Assembly: GCA_029219205.1 (NCBI GenBank)
Contig: JAQXSY010000030.1
Span: 1 to 58,998 of the forward strand
Length of the DNA stretch: 58,998 nt
Direction of reading: 5' to 3'
Source: Bacillota bacterium
GTDB lineage: Bacteria; Bacillota; Clostridia; Oscillospirales; CAG-272
A program made the translations under genes and the position numbers. The notes under the pieces were generated by a model, which was given only the letters and a program-made list of their open reading frames with translations, was not told where the DNA came from and ran no database searches. Each line of letters starts with the position of its first letter. Positions within the stretch are counted from its first letter, which is position 1. Of the stretch, positions 1 to 10,194 are shown in pieces.

Positions 1-440
1 CCGTCGGGATGATGCCAGTCCATAAGCGAACTGTAAAATCCAATCTTAAGTCCGAATTCACGGCAGGCATCGACAAATTCACGAACCAAATCACGTCCGC
101 AGGCATTATAAGAATTGAACGGATTCGTTTTGCTGTTCCAAAGAGAAAAGCCCTCGTGATGTCTTGTCGTCAAAACCATATATCTCATACCTGCCGCTTT
201 TGCCTGTGCGGCCCACTCGCGGCAGATTCCCTCGCGGGGATTGAACTTGTCTGCAAGCTGCTCATATTCGTCCTTAGGTATGCATTCGAATGCACGGGCC
301 CATTCGTGCCTGCCTAAAACAGAGTAAAGGCCGTAATGAACAAACATTCCGAAACGCGCTTCTCGAAACCACGCCATGCGCTGTTCACGAGTGTCTGCAA
401 GCTGTTTTTCGTAATCGAGTTTTGAAAGTATTTTTGTCAT
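1..440 (-). CDS. alpha-L-fucosidase, GH29 family (N-terminal ~146 codons; 3' end runs off the window)
   Basis: Absent from the ORF track because it is open at the window edge. Reverse-strand ATG at 438-440. Translation MTKILSKLDYEKQLADTREQRMAWFREARFGMFVHYGLYSVLGRHEW...MRYMVLTTRHHEGFSLWNS carries the GH29-type FGMF-H-G-YS and HH(E/D)GF motifs and parallels the full-length paralogue at 13064-14347. Confidence 0.8.
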   Translation of the reverse strand, partial: MTKILSKLDYEKQLADTREQRMAWFREARFGMFVHYGLYSVLGRHEWARAFECIPKDEYEQLADKFNPREGICREWAAQAKAAGMRYMVLTTRHHEGFSLWNSKTNPFNSYNACGRDLVREFVDACREFGLKIGFYSSLMDWHHPD

Positions 441-468
441 TTCATTTTTCCTTTATGTATTTTATATT

Positions 469-1608
469 TCATTCGTTCAGATATATTTTCGGAACACGCC
501 TGCGGTCAAAGCTGCAAAGCACCTCATAGCTTACTGTCCCGGCATAACCGGCTATCTCGTCTGCGGTTATTCTTTCGCCGCCGTCTTCGCCCATAATTGT
601 TGCGATGTCTCCGACCGCGGCGCCTTCAATGCCCGATACGTCAACCATAAGCTGATCCATACATACCCTTCCGAGTATCGGAGCGCGCCTGCCTCGAATT
701 ATTACCGTGCCATTTCCGGACAACAGCCGCGGGACTCCGTCCGCATAACCCGCGCAGACCGTTGCAACACGCGTTTTACGGTCTGTTACAAACGTATGAC
801 CGTAGCTTATCCCCTGCCCTGCTTCAACCTCTGCAACACGCGAAATTCTCGCGCGGATACTCATTACCGGCTTAAGTCCGCGGCAAAGCGGAGCAAGCTC
901 TCCGGAAGGCGCGTATCCGAAAAGTACAATCCCAACTCGCGAAAGATCGTAGCCCTCACGTGAAACTATTGTTCCGGCGCTGTTCAGAGCGCTTTTCATC
1001 GGGATACGCACTCCATCGTTTTCGAGCCTTCGGCAAAATGAATCGAAAACATCAAGCTGTTTTTGCGCAGATGAATAATCGCTTGAATCCGCGCATGCCA
1101 AATGCGTGAAAATTCCCCTGACCGATATACCGGGCAGGTTGTATATCCGACGTATCTCTTCTGCTGCGCCGTCTGTCGGGAAGAAGCCAATACGCTCCAT
1201 TCCGGTATCGAGCGCAAGCATAATATCCGCCTCCGCTCCATGCATCGTCGCTGCCCGGGAGATTGCTTCAGCCGAGTTCATGCTAAAAACAGTCGGAATT
1301 ATTTTCCGGGAAACAAGCGTCTCTGCCCATGCGGGATCTGTATAGCCCAGTATCATAACGGGCGCGCTTATACCTCCTTCACGAAGCTCTATTGCTTCGT
1401 CGGGAGTCGCAGTGCCATATCCGGCGGCAAGACCGTCGAGAGCTTTGGCAACCGGCAGCGCTCCGTGACCGTAAGCGTTGCTCTTAACAACAGCCATTAT
1501 CTTTGTTTTTCCGATGCTTTTTTGTATTAAATTAAAGTTACCGCGCAGCGCGCCGAGGTCTATTTCCGACCAGACGCGCGTACGTTCAAACGCAGTATTC
1601 AGATTCAA
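469..1608 (-). CDS. alr: alanine racemase
   Basis: 379 aa with the PLP-lysine motif AVVKSNAYGHG near the N-terminus and a C-terminal VCMDQLMVDV block. TTG start at 1608 with GGAGG 7 nt upstream. Confidence 0.93.
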   Translation of the reverse strand: MNLNTAFERTRVWSEIDLGALRGNFNLIQKSIGKTKIMAVVKSNAYGHGALPVAKALDGLAAGYGTATPDEAIELREGGISAPVMILGYTDPAWAETLVSRKIIPTVFSMNSAEAISRAATMHGAEADIMLALDTGMERIGFFPTDGAAEEIRRIYNLPGISVRGIFTHLACADSSDYSSAQKQLDVFDSFCRRLENDGVRIPMKSALNSAGTIVSREGYDLSRVGIVLFGYAPSGELAPLCRGLKPVMSIRARISRVAEVEAGQGISYGHTFVTDRKTRVATVCAGYADGVPRLLSGNGTVIIRGRRAPILGRVCMDQLMVDVSGIEGAAVGDIATIMGEDGGERITADEIAGYAGTVSYEVLCSFDRRRVPKIYLNE

Positions 1609-1697
1609 TTCAAATCCTCCGAAAAAAAATATATTTTACGGCATCAGAATCCAGAAGCGGTCTGATAAATACTGCGCGCAGGCATAGCGGCGCAGAA

Positions 1698-2054
1698 TCA
1701 TCCGGCATCGCAGGTAGCAATCATATCGATTCCTGTGCCGGCAATATCAATAACGACCTTTTCGCCCGCTTTGACAGGCAGCCCAATCGTTACGGAATTA
1801 ATATATTTCATACATTCCATAAGTTTTTCTTTGGGCAGCGGCGTTTCGCTTCTGACGGGAACAAGCCTGCCGTCAGAGCACCTTACTGTCGTCGTAAGCG
1901 TACGCACAGGCGCCGTACACTCTGTTACAGCATATTTTCTGCCTCTTTCGCATCCGTTGCCGCTGACTTCATACAGGCTTCCGTTCTTGTTTACAGTAAG
2001 CCCGCATCCGAGAGGACAGCAAATGCAGGTCAGATTTTTGTAAAATTCAGACAT
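1698..2054 (-). CDS. DUF1667-type small Cys-rich protein (third component of a glycerol-3-phosphate-dehydrogenase-like flavoprotein module)
   Basis: 118 aa with CICCPLGCGL and GNGCERG cysteine motifs. Lies 15 nt downstream of the two flavoprotein genes. Confidence 0.75.
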   Translation of the reverse strand: MSEFYKNLTCICCPLGCGLTVNKNGSLYEVSGNGCERGRKYAVTECTAPVRTLTTTVRCSDGRLVPVRSETPLPKEKLMECMKYINSVTIGLPVKAGEKVVIDIAGTGIDMIATCDAG

Positions 2055-2069
2055 TACGCATTTCCTCCT

Positions 2070-3332
2070 TTATTCAATAGAAAGCGTAAGCTCTCCGCAC
2101 CCGTCGATCGAACCGGATTTTACAGCAATCGTCTGCATTTCTCCCGGCGCAACCTTGGGACACTTTTTTGATACGATAACGTTTCCTTTTTCATCGCGCA
2201 GGACTGCGGACACGCCGCGCATTATTGCCGATACTCTGAAATAAACCGTCGCTCCGTCTTTTTTCCCGATGCGCTGCGGAACAGTATATCGTACGTTGCT
2301 GCCGGATTTAACCAAAACCTCTCCCTGTTCGTTTGAACCGGACATAATCAGTTTTGCCGCGCTGTTTCCGGCGATCTCGGCTTCATCGGAGACATAGTCG
2401 GCAAGATCGTGAACATGAAGCGCGTTTCCGCATTCAAAAATTCCCGGAACAGACGTCTGCCTCAGATCATCTACAATCGCCCCGCCGGTTACAGGATCGA
2501 GCTTAATTCCGGCGGACTTTGCAATTTCGTTTTCCGGGATAAGCCCGACGGACAAAAGAAGCGTGTCGCATTCGATGTATCTTTCCGTTCCGGGTACAGG
2601 CAGGCGTTTTTCGTCAACCTCGGATACTGTTACGCCGGTAAGCCGATCGACGCCGTGTATTTCGGTAATTGTGTGACTCAGATAAAGCGGTATGTCAAAA
2701 TCGTTCAGACACTGCTCGATGTTTCTCGCGAGACCGCCGGGATACGGCATAAGCTCGCATACCGCCTTGACCTTCGCTCCCTCAAGCGTCATTCTCCGCG
2801 CCATTATCAGTCCTATGTCTCCGGATCCTAGTATAACAACGCTTTTACCGGGCATATATCCCTTCATATTAATAAGCTTCTGCGCGGTTCCGGCAGTAAA
2901 AATACCCGAAGGACGTGTCCCGGGAATGTTGAGCGCTCCTCTGGGACGCTCGCGGCAGCCGGTTGCAAGAATAATTGCGTCCGCTTTAATGTTAAATATT
3001 CCGTTTGACGGATTCGTTGCGGTTATAATGCGTTCCGGCGAAAGCGAGGTGACCATGGTGTCAAGCATGACCGGTATGCCAAGCTCCCGGACCTGTTTTT
3101 CAAGTCTTCCGGCATATTCCGGTCCCGTCAGTTCCGTTCCGAATTTATGAAGACCGAATCCGCTGTGTATACACTGCTGAAGTATTCCGCCGAGCGCTTT
3201 GTCGCGCTCGATTATGAGTATGTCGCGCAGTCCGGCTTCATACGCCGCAATCGCCGCGCTCATACCGGCAGGACCTCCGCCGATTACCGCAAGGGCAATT
3301 TTTCTTTCCATTTCATTTTCCTCCCTTGCCAA
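2070..3332 (-). CDS. NAD(P)/FAD-dependent pyridine-nucleotide-disulfide-family oxidoreductase
   Basis: 420 aa with an N-terminal dinucleotide fold VIGGGPAGMSAAIAA and a second Rossmann motif VVILGSGDIGLIMA. Overlaps the upstream gene by 20 nt. Confidence 0.85.
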   Translation of the reverse strand: MAREENEMERKIALAVIGGGPAGMSAAIAAYEAGLRDILIIERDKALGGILQQCIHSGFGLHKFGTELTGPEYAGRLEKQVRELGIPVMLDTMVTSLSPERIITATNPSNGIFNIKADAIILATGCRERPRGALNIPGTRPSGIFTAGTAQKLINMKGYMPGKSVVILGSGDIGLIMARRMTLEGAKVKAVCELMPYPGGLARNIEQCLNDFDIPLYLSHTITEIHGVDRLTGVTVSEVDEKRLPVPGTERYIECDTLLLSVGLIPENEIAKSAGIKLDPVTGGAIVDDLRQTSVPGIFECGNALHVHDLADYVSDEAEIAGNSAAKLIMSGSNEQGEVLVKSGSNVRYTVPQRIGKKDGATVYFRVSAIMRGVSAVLRDEKGNVIVSKKCPKVAPGEMQTIAVKSGSIDGCGELTLSIE

Positions 3333-4761
3333 GCTCTGTACAAATATAAGAACCGCCGCCGTGCTTTGTAACGTCAGTCATCGGTATTCCAAGCTCCTTT
3401 GAAATAAGCTCCATAACCGAAGGAGAACAAAATCCCCCCTGGCACCGACCCATGCCGCTTCTTACACGCCTTTTTATCGCGTCAAGACTTTTTGCCGGCG
3501 GATTCATGCGTATCGCCTCAACGATCTCACCCTCGGTTATGCCCTCGCAGCGGCATACTATTCGGCCGTATTCCGGATGCTTTCGTATAATTTCGTTTTT
3601 TTCGTCGTCGGTCAGCGTTTTAAAATGATCCGGCGCATGCCTGATCGGATTGAAGTTTTCATTGACAATAAGCTCAAGCCCGTCTTTTTTCAGCAAATCA
3701 ACGATATATTCCGCAATCGCAGGAGCCGAAGTAAGTCCCGGCGACTCAATTCCAGCAGCGTTCACAAAACCGGGCAGCGGATTTGTAAGAATGAAATCGC
3801 CCGTATCTCCGACTGCGCGAACACCGCAGAAAGTGGTTATTACGTTACGGAACGGAAGCCGTTCCGAATAACGAACGGAAGCGGCGGCCATTTCCGCAAG
3901 CCCCGCCGCCGTCGTCGATTTATCATCGCGATCCTCGGTATCGTGAGCCGTCGGACCTAGCAGAAGGTTGCCGTCAGCCGTCGGAGACACAATTATTCCT
4001 TTACCCATCTTTGAAGGAGCCCGGAACACTGTGCGGTTAAACATACCGCCGAATTCACGGTCAAAAATATAGTATTCGCCGCGTCGGGCAGTTATTTTAA
4101 ATGATTTGTCGCCGAAAAGCGCGGCAACAATGTCCGCATGTGTTCCGGCAGCGTTGACCACACGCTTTGCATACACCTTTTCTCCGCTTTCTGAGATCAG
4201 AAGAAAGCTTCCGTCCTCCTGTCTTTCGGCTGAAACAAGCTTATAACCGCATTTTAGCTCAACGCCGTTGTCCATTGCGTTTCCGACTGCGGCTATCGTA
4301 AGCCCGTATGTGCAGGTAATTGCGCCGGTCTGCGCCCAAAGTGCCCATTCTGCCTGCGGAACAAGATTCGGTTCAAGCTTGTGAAGCTCCTCCCGCCCGA
4401 TTATACGCATATCCGGAACTCCGGTCTGTTTTCCGCGGTCATAAAGCATTTCGATAACCGACTTTTCGTCCTTATCGCCGATAACAAGCGAGCCGTTGCG
4501 GCGGTATTTTACGCCAAGCTCCTTTGTAATCCGCTCCATCATCTGAGAGCCGCGTAAATTCAGCTTCGCCTTAAGAGTGCCGGGAATTGCATCAAATCCG
4601 GCGTGAACTATCGCACTGTTTGCGCGCGAAGCTCCGTTGGCAACGTCCGCTCCTTCTTCAAGCAGTATTGTGCTGACCTTATATTTTGCAAGCTCCCGCG
4701 CTATAAACGCTCCGGTTACGCCCGCACCTATTACAGCGACGTCATATATTTTTTTACTCAT
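3313..4761 (-). CDS. FAD-dependent glycerol-3-phosphate dehydrogenase/oxidase-like protein with C-terminal BFD-like [2Fe-2S] domain
   Basis: 482 aa with the FAD motif VAVIGAGVTGAFIARELA and a C-terminal CRCEGITEGEI...GRCQGGFC motif typical of BFD-like iron-sulfur domains. Confidence 0.85.
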   Translation of the reverse strand: MSKKIYDVAVIGAGVTGAFIARELAKYKVSTILLEEGADVANGASRANSAIVHAGFDAIPGTLKAKLNLRGSQMMERITKELGVKYRRNGSLVIGDKDEKSVIEMLYDRGKQTGVPDMRIIGREELHKLEPNLVPQAEWALWAQTGAITCTYGLTIAAVGNAMDNGVELKCGYKLVSAERQEDGSFLLISESGEKVYAKRVVNAAGTHADIVAALFGDKSFKITARRGEYYIFDREFGGMFNRTVFRAPSKMGKGIIVSPTADGNLLLGPTAHDTEDRDDKSTTAAGLAEMAAASVRYSERLPFRNVITTFCGVRAVGDTGDFILTNPLPGFVNAAGIESPGLTSAPAIAEYIVDLLKKDGLELIVNENFNPIRHAPDHFKTLTDDEKNEIIRKHPEYGRIVCRCEGITEGEIVEAIRMNPPAKSLDAIKRRVRSGMGRCQGGFCSPSVMELISKELGIPMTDVTKHGGGSYICTELGKGGK

Positions 4762-4787
4762 AAAGATTCATCTCCGGTGTTTTCTGT

Positions 4788-5876
4788 TTATTTTGCTTCC
4801 GCGCTTTCTTTTATAATTGATATGACCTTATCCCAAAGAATTCCGGTCTCTATCTCGTCAACTCCAAGATACTGCTCAAGCTCGCCGGGAGATGAAAATC
4901 CTTCTCCGTATTCTTCATAATATGCGTTGAGCCCGTCGGTGTATTCGTCGTCGGAAAGCGAAAGACCCTCGGCGCGGATTATCGCCTGAAGCACAAGACG
5001 TTCCTTGACTTCCTTTTTTGCGTATTCTTCAAGTTCGTCCATGAATTGTTCCAGCGTTTTTCCGTATGATTCAAAAACGAAATTTTCAAGACTCTTTCCG
5101 TAATATGCGGCATACTTTTTATACTCGGTGTAACGGCGGTCCTTTGAGGAATCGACTTCCTTCTTCGGATATTCAATTACCTCTGCATTGTCAACAGCCA
5201 TCGCCCAAAGAGTTGAAAGATTTTCTGCTTCCGCATCCGCGATTCTTGCTTCGGAAAGCTGCTTTTTTACTTCCCCGCGGTATTCGTCCGCGGTTTTGGC
5301 GGTTTCTGACAGCTCTGCCGCCGTCTCGTCGGTAAGCTCAGGTATAACGGTTGTGTTTATCGAAACGACCGTTATGCGGAATGTTATCGTTTTCCCGGCG
5401 AGCAGGCTCGCTTTTTCAACTGAATCAATAGTATAGTCTTCGGGGAAATCCACCGTAATCACAATCTCATCGTCCTTAACGGCGCCGATAAGCTTTTCAC
5501 CGAGATCGCTCAGCATGGAGCCTTCAACCGTTTCTCCAACCGGGAAAAGCACGTCGTTTGCCGCAAATTCCGGAATTTCGGTTTCGTTATCGTATACCTT
5601 GTAGGAAATACGCGCGCTGTCGCCTTTCTGAGCCGCGCGTTCGGTAATCTCAACTGACTTCGGTATTCCTTGAAGCTTTTCGTTTATATAGCTTTCAACA
5701 TCTTCGTCGCTTACATCTAAGGATGCGGGAGTATAAACAAGGCCCTTATATTTTCCGAGAACTATGTATTTTTCAAGATTTGCGTTTTTGTAACCATTCC
5801 AACCGTCTGAGCAGGAGCAGAAAACGGATGTCAGCAATGCGATAATGAGTATCGAGCAGATAATTTTCGTCTTCAC
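4788..5876 (-). CDS. probable lipoprotein with trigger-factor/PPIase-like architecture
   Basis: 362 aa. Signal peptide MKTKIICSILIIALLTSVFCSCS has lipobox-like cysteines. The middle region (GDSARISYKVY...VITVDFPEDY) and acidic C-terminal helices resemble the trigger-factor PPIase and C-terminal domains. Confidence 0.6.
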   Translation of the reverse strand: MKTKIICSILIIALLTSVFCSCSDGWNGYKNANLEKYIVLGKYKGLVYTPASLDVSDEDVESYINEKLQGIPKSVEITERAAQKGDSARISYKVYDNETEIPEFAANDVLFPVGETVEGSMLSDLGEKLIGAVKDDEIVITVDFPEDYTIDSVEKASLLAGKTITFRITVVSINTTVIPELTDETAAELSETAKTADEYRGEVKKQLSEARIADAEAENLSTLWAMAVDNAEVIEYPKKEVDSSKDRRYTEYKKYAAYYGKSLENFVFESYGKTLEQFMDELEEYAKKEVKERLVLQAIIRAEGLSLSDDEYTDGLNAYYEEYGEGFSSPGELEQYLGVDEIETGILWDKVISIIKESAEAK

Positions 5877-6125
5877 TTTTTCGTTCCTTTTTCATGTTTA
5901 AGAATTCATATTATATATTTTACAATATAAATATATACCACATTTCGGCCCCGATTTAAAGCCAGTGGTTGTTAATTTACAATTTGGTAAAATAATTTAA
6001 TATTTTATTCACACATTCAGGGGCGCTTTGACTGTATCTAAAAATTAATAAAATACTGTTTATATAGCATCAGATATATGATATAATGTATATAAAATCA
6101 ATCTCTGCGGGAGGAAACGTCGCGG

Positions 6126-7919
6126 ATGGATATAAAAATTCAAACTAACACACTGAGACTCATCACAAGACTTTCAGACAGAACAAACCGCACTGAACCC
6201 TGCATACCTTTTGTACCGCAGAAGCCGGAATTCATCGAAAAATACGAACCGGTCATGCCATTTGAAACAGCCTCGCCGGAACAGGTCGGAATAAGCTCGC
6301 GGTATATAGCGGATTTTTACCGCGAGATCGACTGCGACGAATCTCTTGATATGCACGGAATAACCATTCTGAAAAACGGGAAAAAAATTGCGCAGGGCTC
6401 GTTCGGCGCGTACAGAAACGACGTATGGCACGTGACGCATTCCTTTTCGAAAAGCGTAACCTCGCTTGCAATCGGAATGCTTATTGACGAAGGCGTTCTT
6501 ACAACCGACACAAAAATCACGAAAATATTTGAAAAACGCGTGTCGCCGCTTACCTTAATCAGTCACCGGGCAATTACGGTCGGACATCTTCTGACAATGA
6601 CGAGCGGAATACTCTTCAACGAGGCCGGCTCGGTCACCGAAGAAAACTGGGTAAAGGCTTTTCTTGAATCAACGATTACAGACGAACCGGGGAAAAAATT
6701 TTCCTACAACAGCATGAACACATATATGCTCTCGGCGGCAGTAAAGGAGCTTACAGAACAGGGACTGTGCGAGTTTTTAGAGCCGAGACTTTTCAAGCCG
6801 CTGGGTATTGAACGCTATTTCTGGGAAAAATGTCCGAAGGGCATTGAAAAAGGCGGCTGGGGACTTTACCTTATGCCGGACGACATGGCAAAGCTAGGTC
6901 AGCTTTATATGAACAGAGGCGAATGGCATGGGAACCGGATTGTATCGAGCGAATGGATAGATGAAGCGGCCTCGGAAAAAGTTGCGACGCCAAAAGAAAA
7001 CGGAAATTTCAATTACGGGTATCAGATCTGGACAGGAAGAAACAGCAACTCTTTTCTGCTCAACGGAATGTTCGGTCAGAATGCGCTCGGAATGAGAGAC
7101 TCCGGAATCATTATCGTTACGACCGGCTCGAACGGCGAGATATTTCAGCAGAGCAACCTGTACAGAATTGCGGAAAAATACTTTGGATCGGGCTTCTCCG
7201 TACCCGCCGGACCGCTTCCGGCGGATAAAAAGGGCGAGAAAGAGCTGAAAAAAACGCTTGACTCGCTCGGAAGCGTCAGAAGAAAGGCAAAGCCGCTTGT
7301 TGATTCAAAAAATCCGCTGCGGTTGTTTCCTAAATTATTAACTAAGAAAAAGCTTCCTCCGCAGTGTAGTGCGCTTGCCGGCAGAGAGTATTTGATTGCG
7401 CCGGAATACTCAAGAAACATCGGAATTATGCCGCAAGTTATTCAGATCGTACAGAATAACTATACACAGGGACTCGACAGTATCTCGTTTGCGCTTGAAA
7501 ACGGCATTTTTTCGGTCGTGTTCACTGAGGGAAGCTCGGTTCACAAATTCCCGGTAGGCTTTTTCAAGCCGGAATACGCAACGCTGGATTTCGGAGGCGA
7601 GCATTATCTTGTCGGAACTTCCGGATTCTTTGCCTCCAATGAGGACGGAGCGGATGTGCTGAAATTGCGCATTTCTTTTCTTGAGGCCGGAAGCGCCAGA
7701 TTCATACGCATGGTATTCAACGACAGTTCGGTAACTGTAACCTTAACCGAAACGCCGTGCGGAAAATTTATTTTTGACAGCATCGCCGACGTCATGGACG
7801 GACTTGGAGAAAAGCGTCTGCTCGGCGCCATAACGTCAAGAATCGACCGAGAATGGCTGAAGTATAAAACCGACGGCTTATTTTCCCCGACCGTCGAGGG
7901 AAAACAGAAACCCGACTGA
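6126..7919 (+). CDS. serine hydrolase, beta-lactamase/transpeptidase-like fold, with extra C-terminal domain
   Basis: 597 aa with an S-x-x-K motif (HSFSKSVTSLAIGML) and no signal peptide. About 200 aa of C-terminal extension. GGGAGG lies upstream of the ATG. Confidence 0.8.
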   Translation: MDIKIQTNTLRLITRLSDRTNRTEPCIPFVPQKPEFIEKYEPVMPFETASPEQVGISSRYIADFYREIDCDESLDMHGITILKNGKKIAQGSFGAYRNDVWHVTHSFSKSVTSLAIGMLIDEGVLTTDTKITKIFEKRVSPLTLISHRAITVGHLLTMTSGILFNEAGSVTEENWVKAFLESTITDEPGKKFSYNSMNTYMLSAAVKELTEQGLCEFLEPRLFKPLGIERYFWEKCPKGIEKGGWGLYLMPDDMAKLGQLYMNRGEWHGNRIVSSEWIDEAASEKVATPKENGNFNYGYQIWTGRNSNSFLLNGMFGQNALGMRDSGIIIVTTGSNGEIFQQSNLYRIAEKYFGSGFSVPAGPLPADKKGEKELKKTLDSLGSVRRKAKPLVDSKNPLRLFPKLLTKKKLPPQCSALAGREYLIAPEYSRNIGIMPQVIQIVQNNYTQGLDSISFALENGIFSVVFTEGSSVHKFPVGFFKPEYATLDFGGEHYLVGTSGFFASNEDGADVLKLRISFLEAGSARFIRMVFNDSSVTVTLTETPCGKFIFDSIADVMDGLGEKRLLGAITSRIDREWLKYKTDGLFSPTVEGKQKPD

Positions 7920-7942
7920 TACTTTATTGAAAGGAATCCTTT

Positions 7943-8929
7943 ATGAATGTTGACAATTCTGCGGCTCTCAGCAGTGAAGATATTGAAAAAGTCTACTCTC
8001 TGGCGTCGTCGATAATAGCCGAAATTGAAAAAGCAGTAACCGGAAAACATAAGGAAATAGTTCTGCTGGTAACGGCGCTTGCGGCAGGCGGTCACGTTCT
8101 CATTGAAGACGTGCCTGGAGTAGGAAAAACAACGCTCGCCTCGGCGCTTGCCAAAGCAGCCGGACTTGATTTCAGACGCGCCCAGTTTACGCCTGACGTC
8201 ACTGCCTCCGACATAACCGGATTCAATATTTACAACCGTTCGACCGAAAGCTTTGAGTTTCGCGAGGGGCTGGTCATGACCAACATACTGCTTGCCGACG
8301 AAATCAACCGCGCGTCCCCGAAAACACAGTCGAGCCTGCTTGAGGCAATGGAGGAAAACAGCGTTACGGTCGACGGCAAGACCTATCAGATACCGGATCC
8401 GTTCATGGTAATAGCTACTCAGAACCCGGCAGGTTATATCGGAACCTATCCTCTTCCCGAGGCGCAGCTCGACAGATTCATGATCCGTCTGACGATCGGA
8501 TATCCGTCGCCAGAGGATGAAACCGAGATCATACGAGCGCGCCGCACCTCAAATCCGCTTGATTTTGTTCAACCGGTAAGCTCGCGCGGCGTTATTAAGC
8601 TGATACGCGCCGTTGCACAGCATATTAAAGTCAGCGAATCGCTTTGCAGGTATATGGTCGATCTTGTCTCCTGTACGAGAAACGACAAACTGATTGCGCT
8701 TGGAGCAAGTCCGCGAGCAACTCTAATGCTTATGCGTATGTCACAGGCATACGCATTCATGCAAAAACGCGAATACGTTGTGCCCGAAGACATCGCCGCA
8801 GTTTTTGACTGCACAATAGCGCACCGCATCATTCTCTCTCAGGAGGCAAAACTTAACCGCATCGGCGCCGAGAAAGTGCTCGACTCAATCTTCAAACGCA
8901 TAAAAGTTCCCTTCGGTATCCGTCAATGA
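7943..8929 (+). CDS. MoxR-family AAA+ ATPase
   Basis: 328 aa with Walker A GVPGVGKT and Walker B LLADEINR, and the overall MoxR/AAA_3 layout. Confidence 0.92.
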   Translation: MNVDNSAALSSEDIEKVYSLASSIIAEIEKAVTGKHKEIVLLVTALAAGGHVLIEDVPGVGKTTLASALAKAAGLDFRRAQFTPDVTASDITGFNIYNRSTESFEFREGLVMTNILLADEINRASPKTQSSLLEAMEENSVTVDGKTYQIPDPFMVIATQNPAGYIGTYPLPEAQLDRFMIRLTIGYPSPEDETEIIRARRTSNPLDFVQPVSSRGVIKLIRAVAQHIKVSESLCRYMVDLVSCTRNDKLIALGASPRATLMLMRMSQAYAFMQKREYVVPEDIAAVFDCTIAHRIILSQEAKLNRIGAEKVLDSIFKRIKVPFGIRQ

Positions 8930-10191
8930 AGAATAAGAAAATCAAAGCGTCGATTCGGCCGCGCGGCACTGTCATAATCTATTTTTTCTTTATGTTTTCT
9001 GCGCTGGTATTCATGCACGCGCTGCGGTCAACGATATCGAGCGTATTGCTTGTGTTCACGGCGGCGCTTCTTCCGGTCAGCCTGCTGTATTCGATTATAC
9101 TTTCGAAAAGTATAAAAATTGACGTACAGACAAAAGCCAAAGAATTTCATAAAAATGACATCTTTCAGATCTTTGCGGACATAAAAAACCTTTCTCCGCT
9201 TCCCATGCCGTTTTCATCGGCGCATATTATTATGCCTTCGTCAGAGGGCCCCGAATGTATAAAAAAGCGCGTTCGGTTTTCCGTTATGCCATTTAGCGTG
9301 TGCCGTCTGTCCGACGAAGCCGAATTCCGATTCAGAGGAGAATACCGCCTTGGACTTGTCTCGGTTGAAACATCCGACCTGTTTAATCTGTTTAATATAA
9401 GGATTAAAGTAAGCGCCCTTTCGCTCTGCTATGTGCTTCCGAGAGTTTCGGCAATTCCGGAGACTGTTGCCGGAAGGGCAGAAAGCGGCGAACGCGCAGG
9501 CACAGATCCCGTCCTCTCCGCCTCCTCCGAACGCAGCGGCACAAGGGAATACCGTTTGGGAGACAGTATGAAAAATATTCACTGGAAGCTTTCTTCAAAA
9601 GCACAGGAGCTTATTGTCAGACCCGAAACCGCCGGTGCTGACGCAACCGTTGCAGTGTTTATCGACTATACGACTTACGTCTGCGCTCCATTCAAAGAAG
9701 AGATGGACGGAGAGAAGCTTCAAAAATTCAGAAACGCCCTGTGCGATGCAGTCGCAGACGCGGCCGCATCGGTGATCGCCTGCATTGCAGAATGCAAAGG
9801 CACCTGTATGATATACTGGCTGGACGCACGGCACAGTAACAGCGTCAGAGCAGATTATGTAGATTCACCTGAGATGTTTTGGCTGAAGCTCCGCAATTTC
9901 GGAACCGCCCCTGCGTATAAATCCGTAAAAAATCCGTTTGAGGAATTTGTGCAAAACTCGTCCGGAGAATACTCGTCAAGGATCTTTATAACCTCAAGGA
10001 CCGACTCCGATGCTGCCGAAGCGCTTATAACGGCGGCGGCAGTTTCCGGGAACTCCATTGACAGTACCGTAATCATCGCCGACGCCGCTTCATTCTTCGA
10101 TGATGAATCAAAGCGAAAAAAATATTCCGAACTTTGTTCCGTCTGCGCCTCTGAGCTTGCCGGAGCAGGTATAAACACCGTCATATTCTGA
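8926..10191 (+). CDS. DUF58 domain protein (MoxR partner), N-terminal membrane anchor
   Basis: 421 aa with two N-terminal TM helices and the signature REYRLGDSMKNIHWKLSSK. The start overlaps the moxR stop (ATGA, 8926-8929). Confidence 0.85.
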   Translation: MKNKKIKASIRPRGTVIIYFFFMFSALVFMHALRSTISSVLLVFTAALLPVSLLYSIILSKSIKIDVQTKAKEFHKNDIFQIFADIKNLSPLPMPFSSAHIIMPSSEGPECIKKRVRFSVMPFSVCRLSDEAEFRFRGEYRLGLVSVETSDLFNLFNIRIKVSALSLCYVLPRVSAIPETVAGRAESGERAGTDPVLSASSERSGTREYRLGDSMKNIHWKLSSKAQELIVRPETAGADATVAVFIDYTTYVCAPFKEEMDGEKLQKFRNALCDAVADAAASVIACIAECKGTCMIYWLDARHSNSVRADYVDSPEMFWLKLRNFGTAPAYKSVKNPFEEFVQNSSGEYSSRIFITSRTDSDAAEALITAAAVSGNSIDSTVIIADAASFFDDESKRKKYSELCSVCASELAGAGINTVIF

Positions 10192-10194
10192 AAA

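Noticed and set aside
9-317. 102-aa plus-strand ORF at the left edge.
   Set aside because: It is antisense to the edge-truncated GH29 fucosidase reading frame (1-440, minus strand), which has clear family motifs.
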